Shown here one piece after another: positions 20,468 through 29,224 of a DNA stretch of 64,000 bases (its first letter is position 1; each line of letters begins with the position of its first letter). The position numbers and the translations under genes were made by a program. The notes under the pieces are model-generated. The model was not told the origin of the DNA, did no database searches, and saw only the letters and a list, made by a program, of their open reading frames with translations. This DNA is from Pseudomonadota bacterium (lineage in GTDB: Bacteria; Pseudomonadota; Gammaproteobacteria; Burkholderiales; JBEEJL01), in NCBI GenBank assembly GCA_043744215.1, contig JAYTVC010000032.1, positions 2,193 to 66,192 of the forward strand, given 5' to 3'.

Positions 20468-20558
20468 GATGTTCCCTGCTGCGTTGTGCGCTCTTAAAAT
20501 CTCTTTTGATTAGCCGACGAGTACCCCACATTCACGCGGCGGCCCTATTGTGACTGCA

Positions 20559-21173
20559 TTACATAAAACGAATAAGCGGCATATGACCCCTGTATGCCAA
20601 AACGATATAGATAAATGTGCCCGAGGCAATCGCGACGGCATAAGGCATTTTCGCTGCCGAAGGTGGGCCTTCGCTAAAAGTGGGCATTTCATGCAATGCC
20701 AATTTGAAATACGAACCTATCGCCATCTGGCGCAAGTTGCTGACCATTTGGAGGAACACATTTTTTTTCAGCGCCATTAAAACGGCAAGCAGACCGCCTG
20801 TAATGAAGGTAAGCAGCACAATGCTGACTATCGCCGTTGGGCTAAAAAATGCACCGATCATGGCCATAAGTTTAACATCGCCCGCGCCAAGAGCGCGTAA
20901 GGCATAGAAAGGTAGAAGCAGGGCCAGGCCTGTCAGGCAACCGGCGAAGGCTCTTGTCAGACCGCCCGATTCTACGCCGGCTTCGACGAACGAAAAGGCC
21001 TGAGGTGCCAGGAAGCTAAACAACAAACCTGAAAATAAACCGGTCAAAACCAGTTTATTGGGAATGCGATGGGATTTTAAATCGGACAGCGTCGCGCCAA
21101 GCAACAATGACCCAAGCAGCGCAAGGCCGATGTAAGTTGCGAGATTATTGTTGAGCAAAGTAACAGCGTCCAT
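20559..21173 (-). CDS. cpaA: Prepilin peptidase A24 CpaA/TadV
   Basis: SDLKSHRIPN, LGAGDVKL, MPYAVAI. Confidence 0.92.
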   Translation of the reverse strand: MDAVTLLNNNLATYIGLALLGSLLLGATLSDLKSHRIPNKLVLTGLFSGLLFSFLAPQAFSFVEAGVESGGLTRAFAGCLTGLALLLPFYALRALGAGDVKLMAMIGAFFSPTAIVSIVLLTFITGGLLAVLMALKKNVFLQMVSNLRQMAIGSYFKLALHEMPTFSEGPPSAAKMPYAVAIASGTFIYIVLAYRGHMPLIRFM

Positions 21174-21214
21174 GGTGCTTACCTTGAAATTCTATTGATT
21201 GTTTTAATGCAGGC

Positions 21215-21394
21215 CTAGCCCGTGACGCTCTGCATGGCCTCTACTAGTTTGTCGTAGAAATTCGAGCTCAAATTCGTGCCGATGGCAGTAAGGGCACCGA
21301 TGATAACGACAGCTATTAGTGCCGCGAGGAGACCATATTCAATCGCAGTGACGCCCGATTCGTCTGAAAAAAAATCTTTAGTCAGTAGGTTCAT
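21215..21394 (-). CDS. flp: Flp type IVb pilin (second copy, 59 aa; not in ORF track)
   Basis: Manual translation MNLLTKDFFSDESG|VTAIEYGLLAALIAVVII...SVTG*. Confidence 0.9.
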   Translation of the reverse strand: MNLLTKDFFSDESGVTAIEYGLLAALIAVVIIGALTAIGTNLSSNFYDKLVEAMQSVTG

Positions 21395-21443
21395 AACAAG
21401 CCCTCGAAATTCATACTTTGCTTTTATCGATCTAAAGTTACAT

Positions 21444-21471
21444 CCAACCCCGCCAGTACAAGCGGGGTTGG
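21444..21471 (-). terminator. Strong hairpin between the two flp genes (partial terminator or mRNA stabiliser)
   Basis: CCAACCCCGC-8 nt-GCGGGGTTGG perfect 10-bp stem; no clear U-tract. Confidence 0.55.
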
Positions 21472-21484
21472 GTCGCCCAGGTGT

Positions 21485-21658
21485 TTAGCCCGCTGCTGAT
21501 GATAGCGCAGCTGCAACTTTGTTGAAAATGATGTTCAGTTGTGTACCGGCTGTCGTCACTGCAGCGATAATCACAATCGCGATCAGTGCTGCAATCAGGC
21601 CGTATTCAATTGCGGTTACGCCTTCTTCTTGACGCAGGAAATTCATAATTGCTTTCAT
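21485..21658 (-). CDS. flp: Flp type IVb pilin (first copy, 57 aa; not in ORF track)
   Basis: Manual translation MKAIMNFLRQEEG|VTAIEYGLIAALIAIVII...AAG*; TAAGGAG RBS. Confidence 0.93.
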   Translation of the reverse strand: MKAIMNFLRQEEGVTAIEYGLIAALIAIVIIAAVTTAGTQLNIIFNKVAAALSSAAG

Positions 21659-22259
21659 GTGCTGCTCCTTAAAAATGAGTGGAATAAATTTACTGCACTG
21701 TACTGCGCCGTCCGCGGATTGATGCTAGATGGCGATCCTCCCAGTGCGTTGTTTTGAACTGAAAAGCCCCCGCGTGTTGTCTTTATAGTACGAATCTTTA
21801 CAATTTGATATCAGTGTTTGTCCTACAGACGTACAGGGTATGGACATGTTTTTTTACTCTAAAAATCGTCCACTAGGCACGCAAAAATTGATATTATTCA
21901 ATAGGTTGCAGCGCGAAACTTTTTTACTATTTCCCGCTGCAAATTAAAAATCTACGTATAAGCACTCTGCAAAATACAGTGTTACCCCACCGGAAAATAT
22001 CCGTGTTTACCCTACAAAAATTACGCAGAAAAAATAAAACTTCCGCAGAGAGAACGATTCGATTTTTATTTGGGCAGGCAAGCGGTTTTCTTGCTGTGTA
22101 GGGCAACATTTTGTTGCGGTGCATTTTTGACAGACATGCGGCGTTGCAAAATTATTTTGTTATCTGAACTTCGTGCGTGTAATCGATTGCCGGCAAGAGA
22201 TTTGCAAGCGTAACGCCGGCTAGAGATGGCCGACCTTCGGCCGGGAAAGGCGGGGAGGT

Positions 22260-22554
22260 TTACTTGCTCAGCAATTTCATCGCTTGCTCCAGCCCCGTTA
22301 CCGTGAGCGGGAACATGCGCTGGTTCATCAGTTGCTGGATAATTTTGACGGAAGACGAATATTGCCAATGGGTGTCGGGCACCGGGTTGAGCCAGGCCGC
22401 GTGTTTGAAGTGATCGGTCAAGCGCTTCAACCACACCAAGCCGGCTTCTTCGTTTATGTGCTCGACACTGCCGCCTGGTTCGACAATTTCATAGGGGCTC
22501 ATGGTGGCGTCGCCGACAAAGATTAATTTATAGTCGGGGCCGAATTTGTGGATC
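22260..22554 (-). pseudogene. Duplicated 3' fragment of the VWA/CoxE-like gene (copy of 29225-29519)
   Basis: Encodes IHKFGPDYKL...MKLLSK; 22332-22550 matches 29297-29515 with 2 mismatches seen. Confidence 0.9.
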
Positions 22555-22728
22555 GGGCCGAACACCGGACAGCATTGGCAAAGGCGATGATTATATTTTC
22601 ACTTCGCTTTAGAAATAAAGTTGCGGAAGTATTAAGTGTTCGATGTGTTTCGGTTCTACCTTCACCGCCGAGAACCATTCTTCGCACGTCATACTTGTGA
22701 TAGGCAAGAGGTTGTTGTATGCTAATTT

Positions 22729-23106
22729 ATGATTTATATAAAACTATTGCTTGCTTTTGTTTTGTGCTTTTTGCAAGGGTGCGCACCGCTGCTGCATGCC
22801 CATACCGATGGCATGAATAACAGCGGCGTTCATTTCCATGTAACAACCCTTTCGACTTCCGTATTTGATTCTGCTATCGCCTGTCGCGCCACGCCGCACG
22901 AGTCACCTGCGATAGGCATGAGTAGTTCGAATAAAGGGGCTGATAAGCCTCTTGCATTGGATCAAGCGTACTTAGTACTAGTATCCCAGCTTGAACAGTG
23001 CAGTGCCTTAGCACTTCGCCAGAGTTACCTGGAATCCACCATTAAGGCCCCATCATCTAATCTGTTGCGCCCTCCCTCCCACGCTCCACCCCCTCTCGCA
23101 AGCTAA
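22729..23106 (+). CDS. Small exported His-motif protein, candidate arrest/leader peptide
   Basis: Hydrophobic N-terminus, HAH and HFH motifs, C-terminal RPPSHAPPPLAS; upstream of RND operon. Confidence 0.6.
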   Translation: MIYIKLLLAFVLCFLQGCAPLLHAHTDGMNNSGVHFHVTTLSTSVFDSAIACRATPHESPAIGMSSSNKGADKPLALDQAYLVLVSQLEQCSALALRQSYLESTIKAPSSNLLRPPSHAPPPLAS

Positions 23107-23274
23107 ATAGTCGATTGCTTTTTCGGACGCTGTCGTTTTTTAATATCGCCCACGGCATGTAGGCATTTAGGCTATTTAGAAATCTAGTACGGTCATTATC
23201 CGCGCTCGCGCCATGCTCGCGATGTCCGCTGCAGCAGCTAAACCGCCCATGTATATTGGTTTCCGGGAGATACA

Positions 23275-24372
23275 ATGAAATTACGAATAGTAGTGGCACT
23301 TATTGTCTGGTCACTTGCGTTTAGCAAAGCCTATGCCGTTGAAGAAATAAAGCTTTCGCAGGCGCAAATACAGGCGCTGGGCGTAGAAACAATCAGAATC
23401 ATGCCCGCTGCATCGTCGAAAGTTGAAGGGCTTTCTGCCTTGGTAGTTGTGCCACCGGGCAAGGTGCAGCTAGTTACTGCGCCTGTGGCGGGACTGGTGC
23501 AGTTTATCGGTATCGCGGCAAACGAAAGCGTGACCAAAAGAAAAGTAATTGCGCGACTGGAAAGCCCCGGGTTGCTCGAAATGCAACGCACTTTCTTGCA
23601 GGCAAGTACCCAAGCGCAGCTTGCACAAGAGACTGCCGGGCGCGAACAGGCACTGTATCTTGAAGGCATTATTCCAGAAAGCCGCTTCGCAGCCAGCCGA
23701 AGTGCGAATTACGATGCGCAGGCGCAGGTACTGGAGCGGCGCGCATCACTTTCTCTCGCAGGAATGTCCGACACTGCAATCAATGCACTCGAAAAGAATC
23801 GTAAATATTCCAGCAAAGTCGAAATCACCGCGCCAGCGGATGGCGTGATCATCGAACAGATGGTGACGTTAGGACAACGCCTTGATACCAGCACGCCTAT
23901 GTTCAAGATTGCGGACTTATCAAGACTTTGGCTTGAAATCCAACTCCCAGCGCGCCGCATTTCGGAGGTGACGCCAAATTCACGAGTGAATGTTTCCGCC
24001 TTCGGTACGACTGCAAAGTTAATTTCAACTGGCAGACGCGTAGATTCAGCTAACCAAACTGTGACGCTGCGCGCAGAAATTACAGAGAGCCGTGTGCAAT
24101 TGCGGCCAGGACAGTTCGTCGAGGCAGATATCGAAATCGCGGCGACCAACAATGCCAAGGAGTGGAAATTGCCAATAGGGGCGTTGTTGCGGCAACAAGA
24201 CCGCACCTTCGTGTTCGTCCAGACCCCAACTGGATTTCGCGCGGTGGCAGTGGAAGTGGCTAACGAAACGGCGCAAGCAGCCATACTTAAAACGGAGTTT
24301 AAGGGAGACGAACAAATAGTTGTACGTGGTACGGCCGGCCTAAAAGCCCTCTGGCAAAACACAGGAGGCTGA
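23275..24372 (+). CDS. Heavy-metal RND periplasmic adaptor (CzcB/CusB family)
   Basis: Signal peptide, ITAPADGVI, IADLSRLWLE, LRPGQFV. Confidence 0.9.
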   Translation: MKLRIVVALIVWSLAFSKAYAVEEIKLSQAQIQALGVETIRIMPAASSKVEGLSALVVVPPGKVQLVTAPVAGLVQFIGIAANESVTKRKVIARLESPGLLEMQRTFLQASTQAQLAQETAGREQALYLEGIIPESRFAASRSANYDAQAQVLERRASLSLAGMSDTAINALEKNRKYSSKVEITAPADGVIIEQMVTLGQRLDTSTPMFKIADLSRLWLEIQLPARRISEVTPNSRVNVSAFGTTAKLISTGRRVDSANQTVTLRAEITESRVQLRPGQFVEADIEIAATNNAKEWKLPIGALLRQQDRTFVFVQTPTGFRAVAVEVANETAQAAILKTEFKGDEQIVVRGTAGLKALWQNTGG

Positions 24373-24380
24373 GGATAAGC

Positions 24381-27300
24381 ATGCTAAACCGCATAATTGA
24401 ATTTTCTCTCACCCAGCGTTTATTGATGCTGGTACTCACGGCGCTGCTGATTGGTGCCGGCATTTACTCATTTAATAACGTCGCTATTGATGCATTTCCG
24501 GATGTGTCCACCACTCAAGTCAAAGTGATCATGAAAGCGCCGGGCATGACGCCAGAAGAAGTCGAGGCGCGCATCACCATGCCAATCGAAGGCGAGATGC
24601 TCGGCATCCCGCACCAAAGCATGCTGCGCTCAGTTTCCAAATATGCCCTCGCCGACATCACAATTGATTTCGCCGACGGTACAGATATTTACTGGGCGCG
24701 GCAACAGGTTGCCGAAAGGTTAAATGCGGTTACAGACCAATTACCGCAGGGCATTTCCGGCGGCCTCGCTCCAATAACGACGCCCCTCAGCGAGATGATG
24801 ATGTTCACAATTGAAGGAGGCGATCTGACGCTGGCCGAGCGGCGCAGTTTGCTTGATTGGGTCATTCGTCCTGCGCTGCGTACTTTGCCCGGTGTGGCGG
24901 AAGTGAATGCGCTTGGCGGGCAAATGCGTACTTTCGAAGTCGTGCCAGACCAGGCTTCTCTGAATGCTCGTGGCCTCACGCTCGCCCAGTTGCAGCAAGC
25001 CTTGGAAAGTAATAATCGTAATGACGGGGCTGGCCGCCTGCTGGAGGGCGAAGAAACGCTTTTGGTGCGCACAGAGGGCAGGGTAAAAAATGAGGATGAC
25101 TTGGGTGCAATAGTGGTTACCAGCCGCGATGGTAATCCCGTCCGCGTCGCCGACGTTGCCAAAGTGCGTATTGGCAGTATGACTCGATACGGTGCTGTCA
25201 CAAAGGACGGTAAAGGCGAAGTGGTGCAGGGCTTGATTTTGGGGCTGCGCGGTGCCAATGCACAGCAAATTGTAAACGGCGTGAAAGCCAAGCTGGCTGA
25301 GCTGACGCCAAGTTTTCCGAAAGGCGTAACGGCACAACTTTTTTATGATCGGAGTAACCTCGTCGAACGCGCGGTTGCGACAGTCTCCAAGGCGCTCAGT
25401 GAGGCGATAGTGCTAGTGGTGGTTTTGTTAGTGCTGTTTCTCGGAAACCTGCGCGCTGCATTTGTCGCCTCAATGATTTTACCGCTCGCGGCGTTTACTA
25501 CTTTCATACTCATGCATTGGGTTGGTATGTCCGCTAACCTAATGAGTCTGGGCGGCTTAGCTATTGCGATAGGCATGTTAGTTGATTCGACAGTAGTGGT
25601 GATTGAAAATGTGCAAAGCCGAATGGCGAGTGGAAACGACAAAGTTCCGCGATTGCATGCGCTATATCGTGCAGTGAGCGAAGTGGCAACACCCGTCGCT
25701 TCGGGAATCATTATCATCATTATTGTATTCCTTCCGCTATTGACCCTGCAGGGACTGGAAGGAAAATTATTTGTGCCTGTGGCTTTAACTATCGTATTTG
25801 CGCTTTCCGGGTCGCTGATATTGTCGCTGACCGTCATACCTGTCATGGCTTCATACCTGATGGGGCGGACAGCGCACCAAGAGCCGTGGATCGCGCGCAA
25901 GGCAGCGGCGATCTACATACCGGCGTTAAAGTGGTCGCTTGACCATGGCAAGATTGTGTCGCTTGTCGCAATCATGGCTTTGGCCGTAAGTGGGGTAATC
26001 TACACCTTGATTGGTAAGACCTTCATGCCAACCATGGATGAAGGTGATTTGATCATGCAGGTTGAGATGTTACCTTCGATAAGTCTTCATGAAGCAGTTG
26101 AAATGAACCTGCGGCTTCAGCGGCAAATTATGAAAGAAGTGCCGGAAATAAAAAGCATTGTTGCGCGCGCTGGCTCCGACGAACTCGGGCTGGATCCAAT
26201 GGGCCTGAATCAGACTGACACATTCCTCGTCCTCAAACCCCAGACACAATGGCGCGTACCTGACAAAGAATGGTTGAAGGAGCAATTGCGCAAGATTGCA
26301 GAGCGATTTCCTGGGATTACGTATAGCTTTACCCAGCCGATTGATATGCGCGTTTCGGAGATGCTTACCGGTGTACGCGGTGATTTGGCGGTCAAGGTAT
26401 TTGGTCCCGAATTGGGCGAACTGAACCAAATCGCGACCAAGATTGAGACGACGCTGCGCGCAGTGGCCGGAAGTGAAGAAGTCTTTACATTGAAAAACGA
26501 AGGGGTGCAATACCTGCAAGTCGAGGTTGACAGGCTCGCGGCCGGCCGCTTCGGCTTGAACGTTGACGATATCGCCGCAAATCTGCGTGCACAACTCGAG
26601 GGTCGCCCGCTTGGTGTCGTGCTGGAGGGCGGACGGCGAACTCCCTTACTGCTGCGTGGTGACGATGCTTTGCGCAGCTCCCCCGCGATGTTTGCCAGCC
26701 TGCGCATAATGTTGCCCAGCGGCACCACGATTCCTCTTGCAGACGTCGCGAAACTGAAACGCATCGACGGGCCAGTCAAAGTGGACCGAGAGAGCGGCAA
26801 GCGCATGGTGGTGGTGCAAGCTAACGTCCGAGGCCGCGACCTGGTTGGTTACGTCGAAGAGGCAAAGCGGGCGGTTGCGCAAAATGTGACATTGCCTGCA
26901 GGCTACCGAACCGAATGGGGCGGCCAGTTTGAGAATCAGCAGCGTGCAGCAAAGCGACTGGCGCTGGTTGTGCCCATCTCACTCGGGCTTATTTTCCTAT
27001 TGTTATTCGCAACCTTTGGTTCAGTACGGCAAGCCATACTGGTATTGAGTATTATCCCGTTTGCATTGATTGGCGGGGTATTTGCGTTGTGGTTATCGCG
27101 CGAATATCTTTCAGTACCGGCTTCAGTCGGGTTTATCGCATTGCTGGGCATTGCGGTGCTGAATGGCGTGATGATGCTGACTTATTTCAATCAGCTATAC
27201 GCAGAAGGTATGCCAATCGGCCGCATAGTAATCGAAGGCGCGAAGCGCAGGCTGCGGCCTGTGTTGATGACGGCCAGCATTGCTGGATTTGGCTTGGTGC

Positions 27301-27470
27301 CGCTGTTGTTTGCCAGCGGGCCAGGGTCTGAAATCCAAAAACCGCTGGCAATTGTGGTGATTGGCGGATTAGTCAGCTCAACACTATTCACTTTAATCTT
27401 ATTGCCAGTGTTATATCGGCGTTTCGGTGTAAGCCGCCCGTCGGGTGATGCACGGTTTAGGGAAAATTAA
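24381..27470 (+). CDS. Heavy-metal efflux RND transporter (CzcA/CusA family)
   Basis: IDAFPDVS, NLMSLGGLAIAIGMLVD..VVIEN, RLRPVLMTA, GSEIQKPLA. Confidence 0.95.
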   Translation: MLNRIIEFSLTQRLLMLVLTALLIGAGIYSFNNVAIDAFPDVSTTQVKVIMKAPGMTPEEVEARITMPIEGEMLGIPHQSMLRSVSKYALADITIDFADGTDIYWARQQVAERLNAVTDQLPQGISGGLAPITTPLSEMMMFTIEGGDLTLAERRSLLDWVIRPALRTLPGVAEVNALGGQMRTFEVVPDQASLNARGLTLAQLQQALESNNRNDGAGRLLEGEETLLVRTEGRVKNEDDLGAIVVTSRDGNPVRVADVAKVRIGSMTRYGAVTKDGKGEVVQGLILGLRGANAQQIVNGVKAKLAELTPSFPKGVTAQLFYDRSNLVERAVATVSKALSEAIVLVVVLLVLFLGNLRAAFVASMILPLAAFTTFILMHWVGMSANLMSLGGLAIAIGMLVDSTVVVIENVQSRMASGNDKVPRLHALYRAVSEVATPVASGIIIIIIVFLPLLTLQGLEGKLFVPVALTIVFALSGSLILSLTVIPVMASYLMGRTAHQEPWIARKAAAIYIPALKWSLDHGKIVSLVAIMALAVSGVIYTLIGKTFMPTMDEGDLIMQVEMLPSISLHEAVEMNLRLQRQIMKEVPEIKSIVARAGSDELGLDPMGLNQTDTFLVLKPQTQWRVPDKEWLKEQLRKIAERFPGITYSFTQPIDMRVSEMLTGVRGDLAVKVFGPELGELNQIATKIETTLRAVAGSEEVFTLKNEGVQYLQVEVDRLAAGRFGLNVDDIAANLRAQLEGRPLGVVLEGGRRTPLLLRGDDALRSSPAMFASLRIMLPSGTTIPLADVAKLKRIDGPVKVDRESGKRMVVVQANVRGRDLVGYVEEAKRAVAQNVTLPAGYRTEWGGQFENQQRAAKRLALVVPISLGLIFLLLFATFGSVRQAILVLSIIPFALIGGVFALWLSREYLSVPASVGFIALLGIAVLNGVMMLTYFNQLYAEGMPIGRIVIEGAKRRLRPVLMTASIAGFGLVPLLFASGPGSEIQKPLAIVVIGGLVSSTLFTLILLPVLYRRFGVSRPSGDARFREN

Positions 27471-27790
27471 TGGACCAACAGAAACCGCTCAACTGCTTAT
27501 TAACAATAGTCGTACCCAAGGCGCTGGAAGAACAGTTGATCGACCAACTGCTCGAGCGTCCCGATTGGGTTGTCGGCTTTACTTCATACCGCGTCGAGGG
27601 GCATGGGTCGGCTGTAAAGCATCATAGCCTTGCTGAAGAAGTGCGTGGCCGATCAGCGCGCTTGCAGGTACAGATGGTAATGAATACCGATGATGCCGAT
27701 CTGCTCATACGCCAATTACGCATAGATTTGCCAAATCCCGAAGTTGTTTATTGGAAGGCGCTAATCGCTGAGTTTGGAGATTTTGCATGA
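27470..27790 (+). CDS. DUF3240-like (PII-fold) protein
   Basis: GFT..VEGHG....EEVRGR pattern; overlaps both neighbours. Confidence 0.7.
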   Translation: MDQQKPLNCLLTIVVPKALEEQLIDQLLERPDWVVGFTSYRVEGHGSAVKHHSLAEEVRGRSARLQVQMVMNTDDADLLIRQLRIDLPNPEVVYWKALIAEFGDFA

Positions 27791-29025
27791 AATATATAAG
27801 TTGCGCACTTCTCGTCACGATATTGATTTATGCCCCAAACGCAGTGTCGGCAGACCCGACAGATCTGCCCGCCTTGGCGAGTGTTGCTAGCGCGCTGAAG
27901 TTACGGCCGGCAGTTCGGGAGGCGGCTTTGCAGGGAAACCTTGCCGATTCAAACCGGCAGCGTTTACAGGCGGGACCCTATGAATTAAATGTTGTTATGA
28001 ATGCACAGCGGCGGCGTATCGGCAGCCCGCCAGATAAATACAACGAATGGGACGTCGGGCTGGAGCGCCAATTGCGCTTGCCAGGAAAAGCACGGCTCGA
28101 CACGGAAATCGGCGAGCTTGGCGTAGCGCAAGCCAAGCTGATTTACGACCAGGCCATCCAATCGGGAGCGCGGCAGTTGCTGAAATTATGGTTTTCATGG
28201 GCGCGCGAAAATACACAATCTCAAGAGTGGCAAATCCAAGCGGAATTGTTGCGCGAACAGCTGCGCATTACAGAGCGGCGCGCCAACAAAGGCGATGTGG
28301 CGCGGCTCGACGTTGGTCTTGCAGAGGCGGCGCTGGCACAAGCCGATTTTTCATTGCAACAGGCGCGTGGACGCGAACGCCTTGCGGCCAATGAAATAAC
28401 GCTGCAATACCCCGGCATAGGGTTGCCCGATCAGTTGCGGCTAACTACTCCGGAAGCACTGGCTAGGGGGCTCGATTATTGGCGGCCTCTCATCCAACGT
28501 AACAATGCCGATTTGAACCTGGCCTATTCAGAGAGCAAACGCCTAAGCCTTGTCAGCAAACGTGCGGTGAGCGACGCTACGCCTGATCCTACACTTGGGA
28601 TGCGTTACGGTTCCGAGCGCAGCGGCGAAGAACGTATCGTTGGTATCGGTATAACAATCCCGATTCCTATCGGCACACGAAGCGCAGCGATTTCGGCAGC
28701 GCAGGCTGAGATACAAATGGCTGCGCAGCGCGAGGCAATAGTCCTGCAGCGGGGCGAGCTTGATCTTGCGAATATTTTCACCCAGGCGCAAACCGCCTTG
28801 ACCAGCTGGCAAAGTATGCGCAGTGCGGCCGAAAATATTCAACGCAATGCAGATCTTATGCAGCGGGCGTACAGTTTGGGAGAGCGCGGACTATTTGATG
28901 TATTGGCGGCGCGCCGCCAACTTATTGAAACGCGGCTGACCACGACTATTGCGCAAATTGATGCCATTGAGGCGCGTTACCGCCTTCTGTTCGAGGCAGG
29001 GGAGCTTTGGCCGCTGGCAGATTGA
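27787..29025 (+). CDS. TolC/CzcC-family outer-membrane efflux protein
   Basis: Signal peptide, RLPGK, PDPTLG, AYSLGE.GLFDVL. Confidence 0.85.
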   Translation: MKYISCALLVTILIYAPNAVSADPTDLPALASVASALKLRPAVREAALQGNLADSNRQRLQAGPYELNVVMNAQRRRIGSPPDKYNEWDVGLERQLRLPGKARLDTEIGELGVAQAKLIYDQAIQSGARQLLKLWFSWARENTQSQEWQIQAELLREQLRITERRANKGDVARLDVGLAEAALAQADFSLQQARGRERLAANEITLQYPGIGLPDQLRLTTPEALARGLDYWRPLIQRNNADLNLAYSESKRLSLVSKRAVSDATPDPTLGMRYGSERSGEERIVGIGITIPIPIGTRSAAISAAQAEIQMAAQREAIVLQRGELDLANIFTQAQTALTSWQSMRSAAENIQRNADLMQRAYSLGERGLFDVLAARRQLIETRLTTTIAQIDAIEARYRLLFEAGELWPLAD

Positions 29026-29224
29026 GCTACATGTAATTTTCTGGCAAGGAGAGAAACATCTTATTTCGATGCTGGATTACTTATGTGTGCGGACAGCATA
29101 GCTGATATGTATTGATTGCAGTAAATGCACATTGGTTTATCGTTGCATGACTGGCCTGCGAATCCCGACCTCAGCCGACATCGTTTAACCGCATAGTGGG
29201 AATGCCGTGTTGCGCACGTAAAAT

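Larger units (their letters stand above)
22555..29224. mobile_element. Putative integrated metal-efflux cassette between the direct repeats (no integrase seen)
   Basis: Flanked by ~290-bp gene-end duplication; all cargo on the opposite strand to flanking genes. Confidence 0.5.

Noticed and set aside
21659-22259. Riboswitch or sigma54 promoter in the 600-bp flp upstream region; GTAGGAC shared with the comEC upstream region
   Set aside because: No c-di-GMP riboswitch or properly spaced GG-N10-GC match recognised; a shared 7-mer is expected by chance
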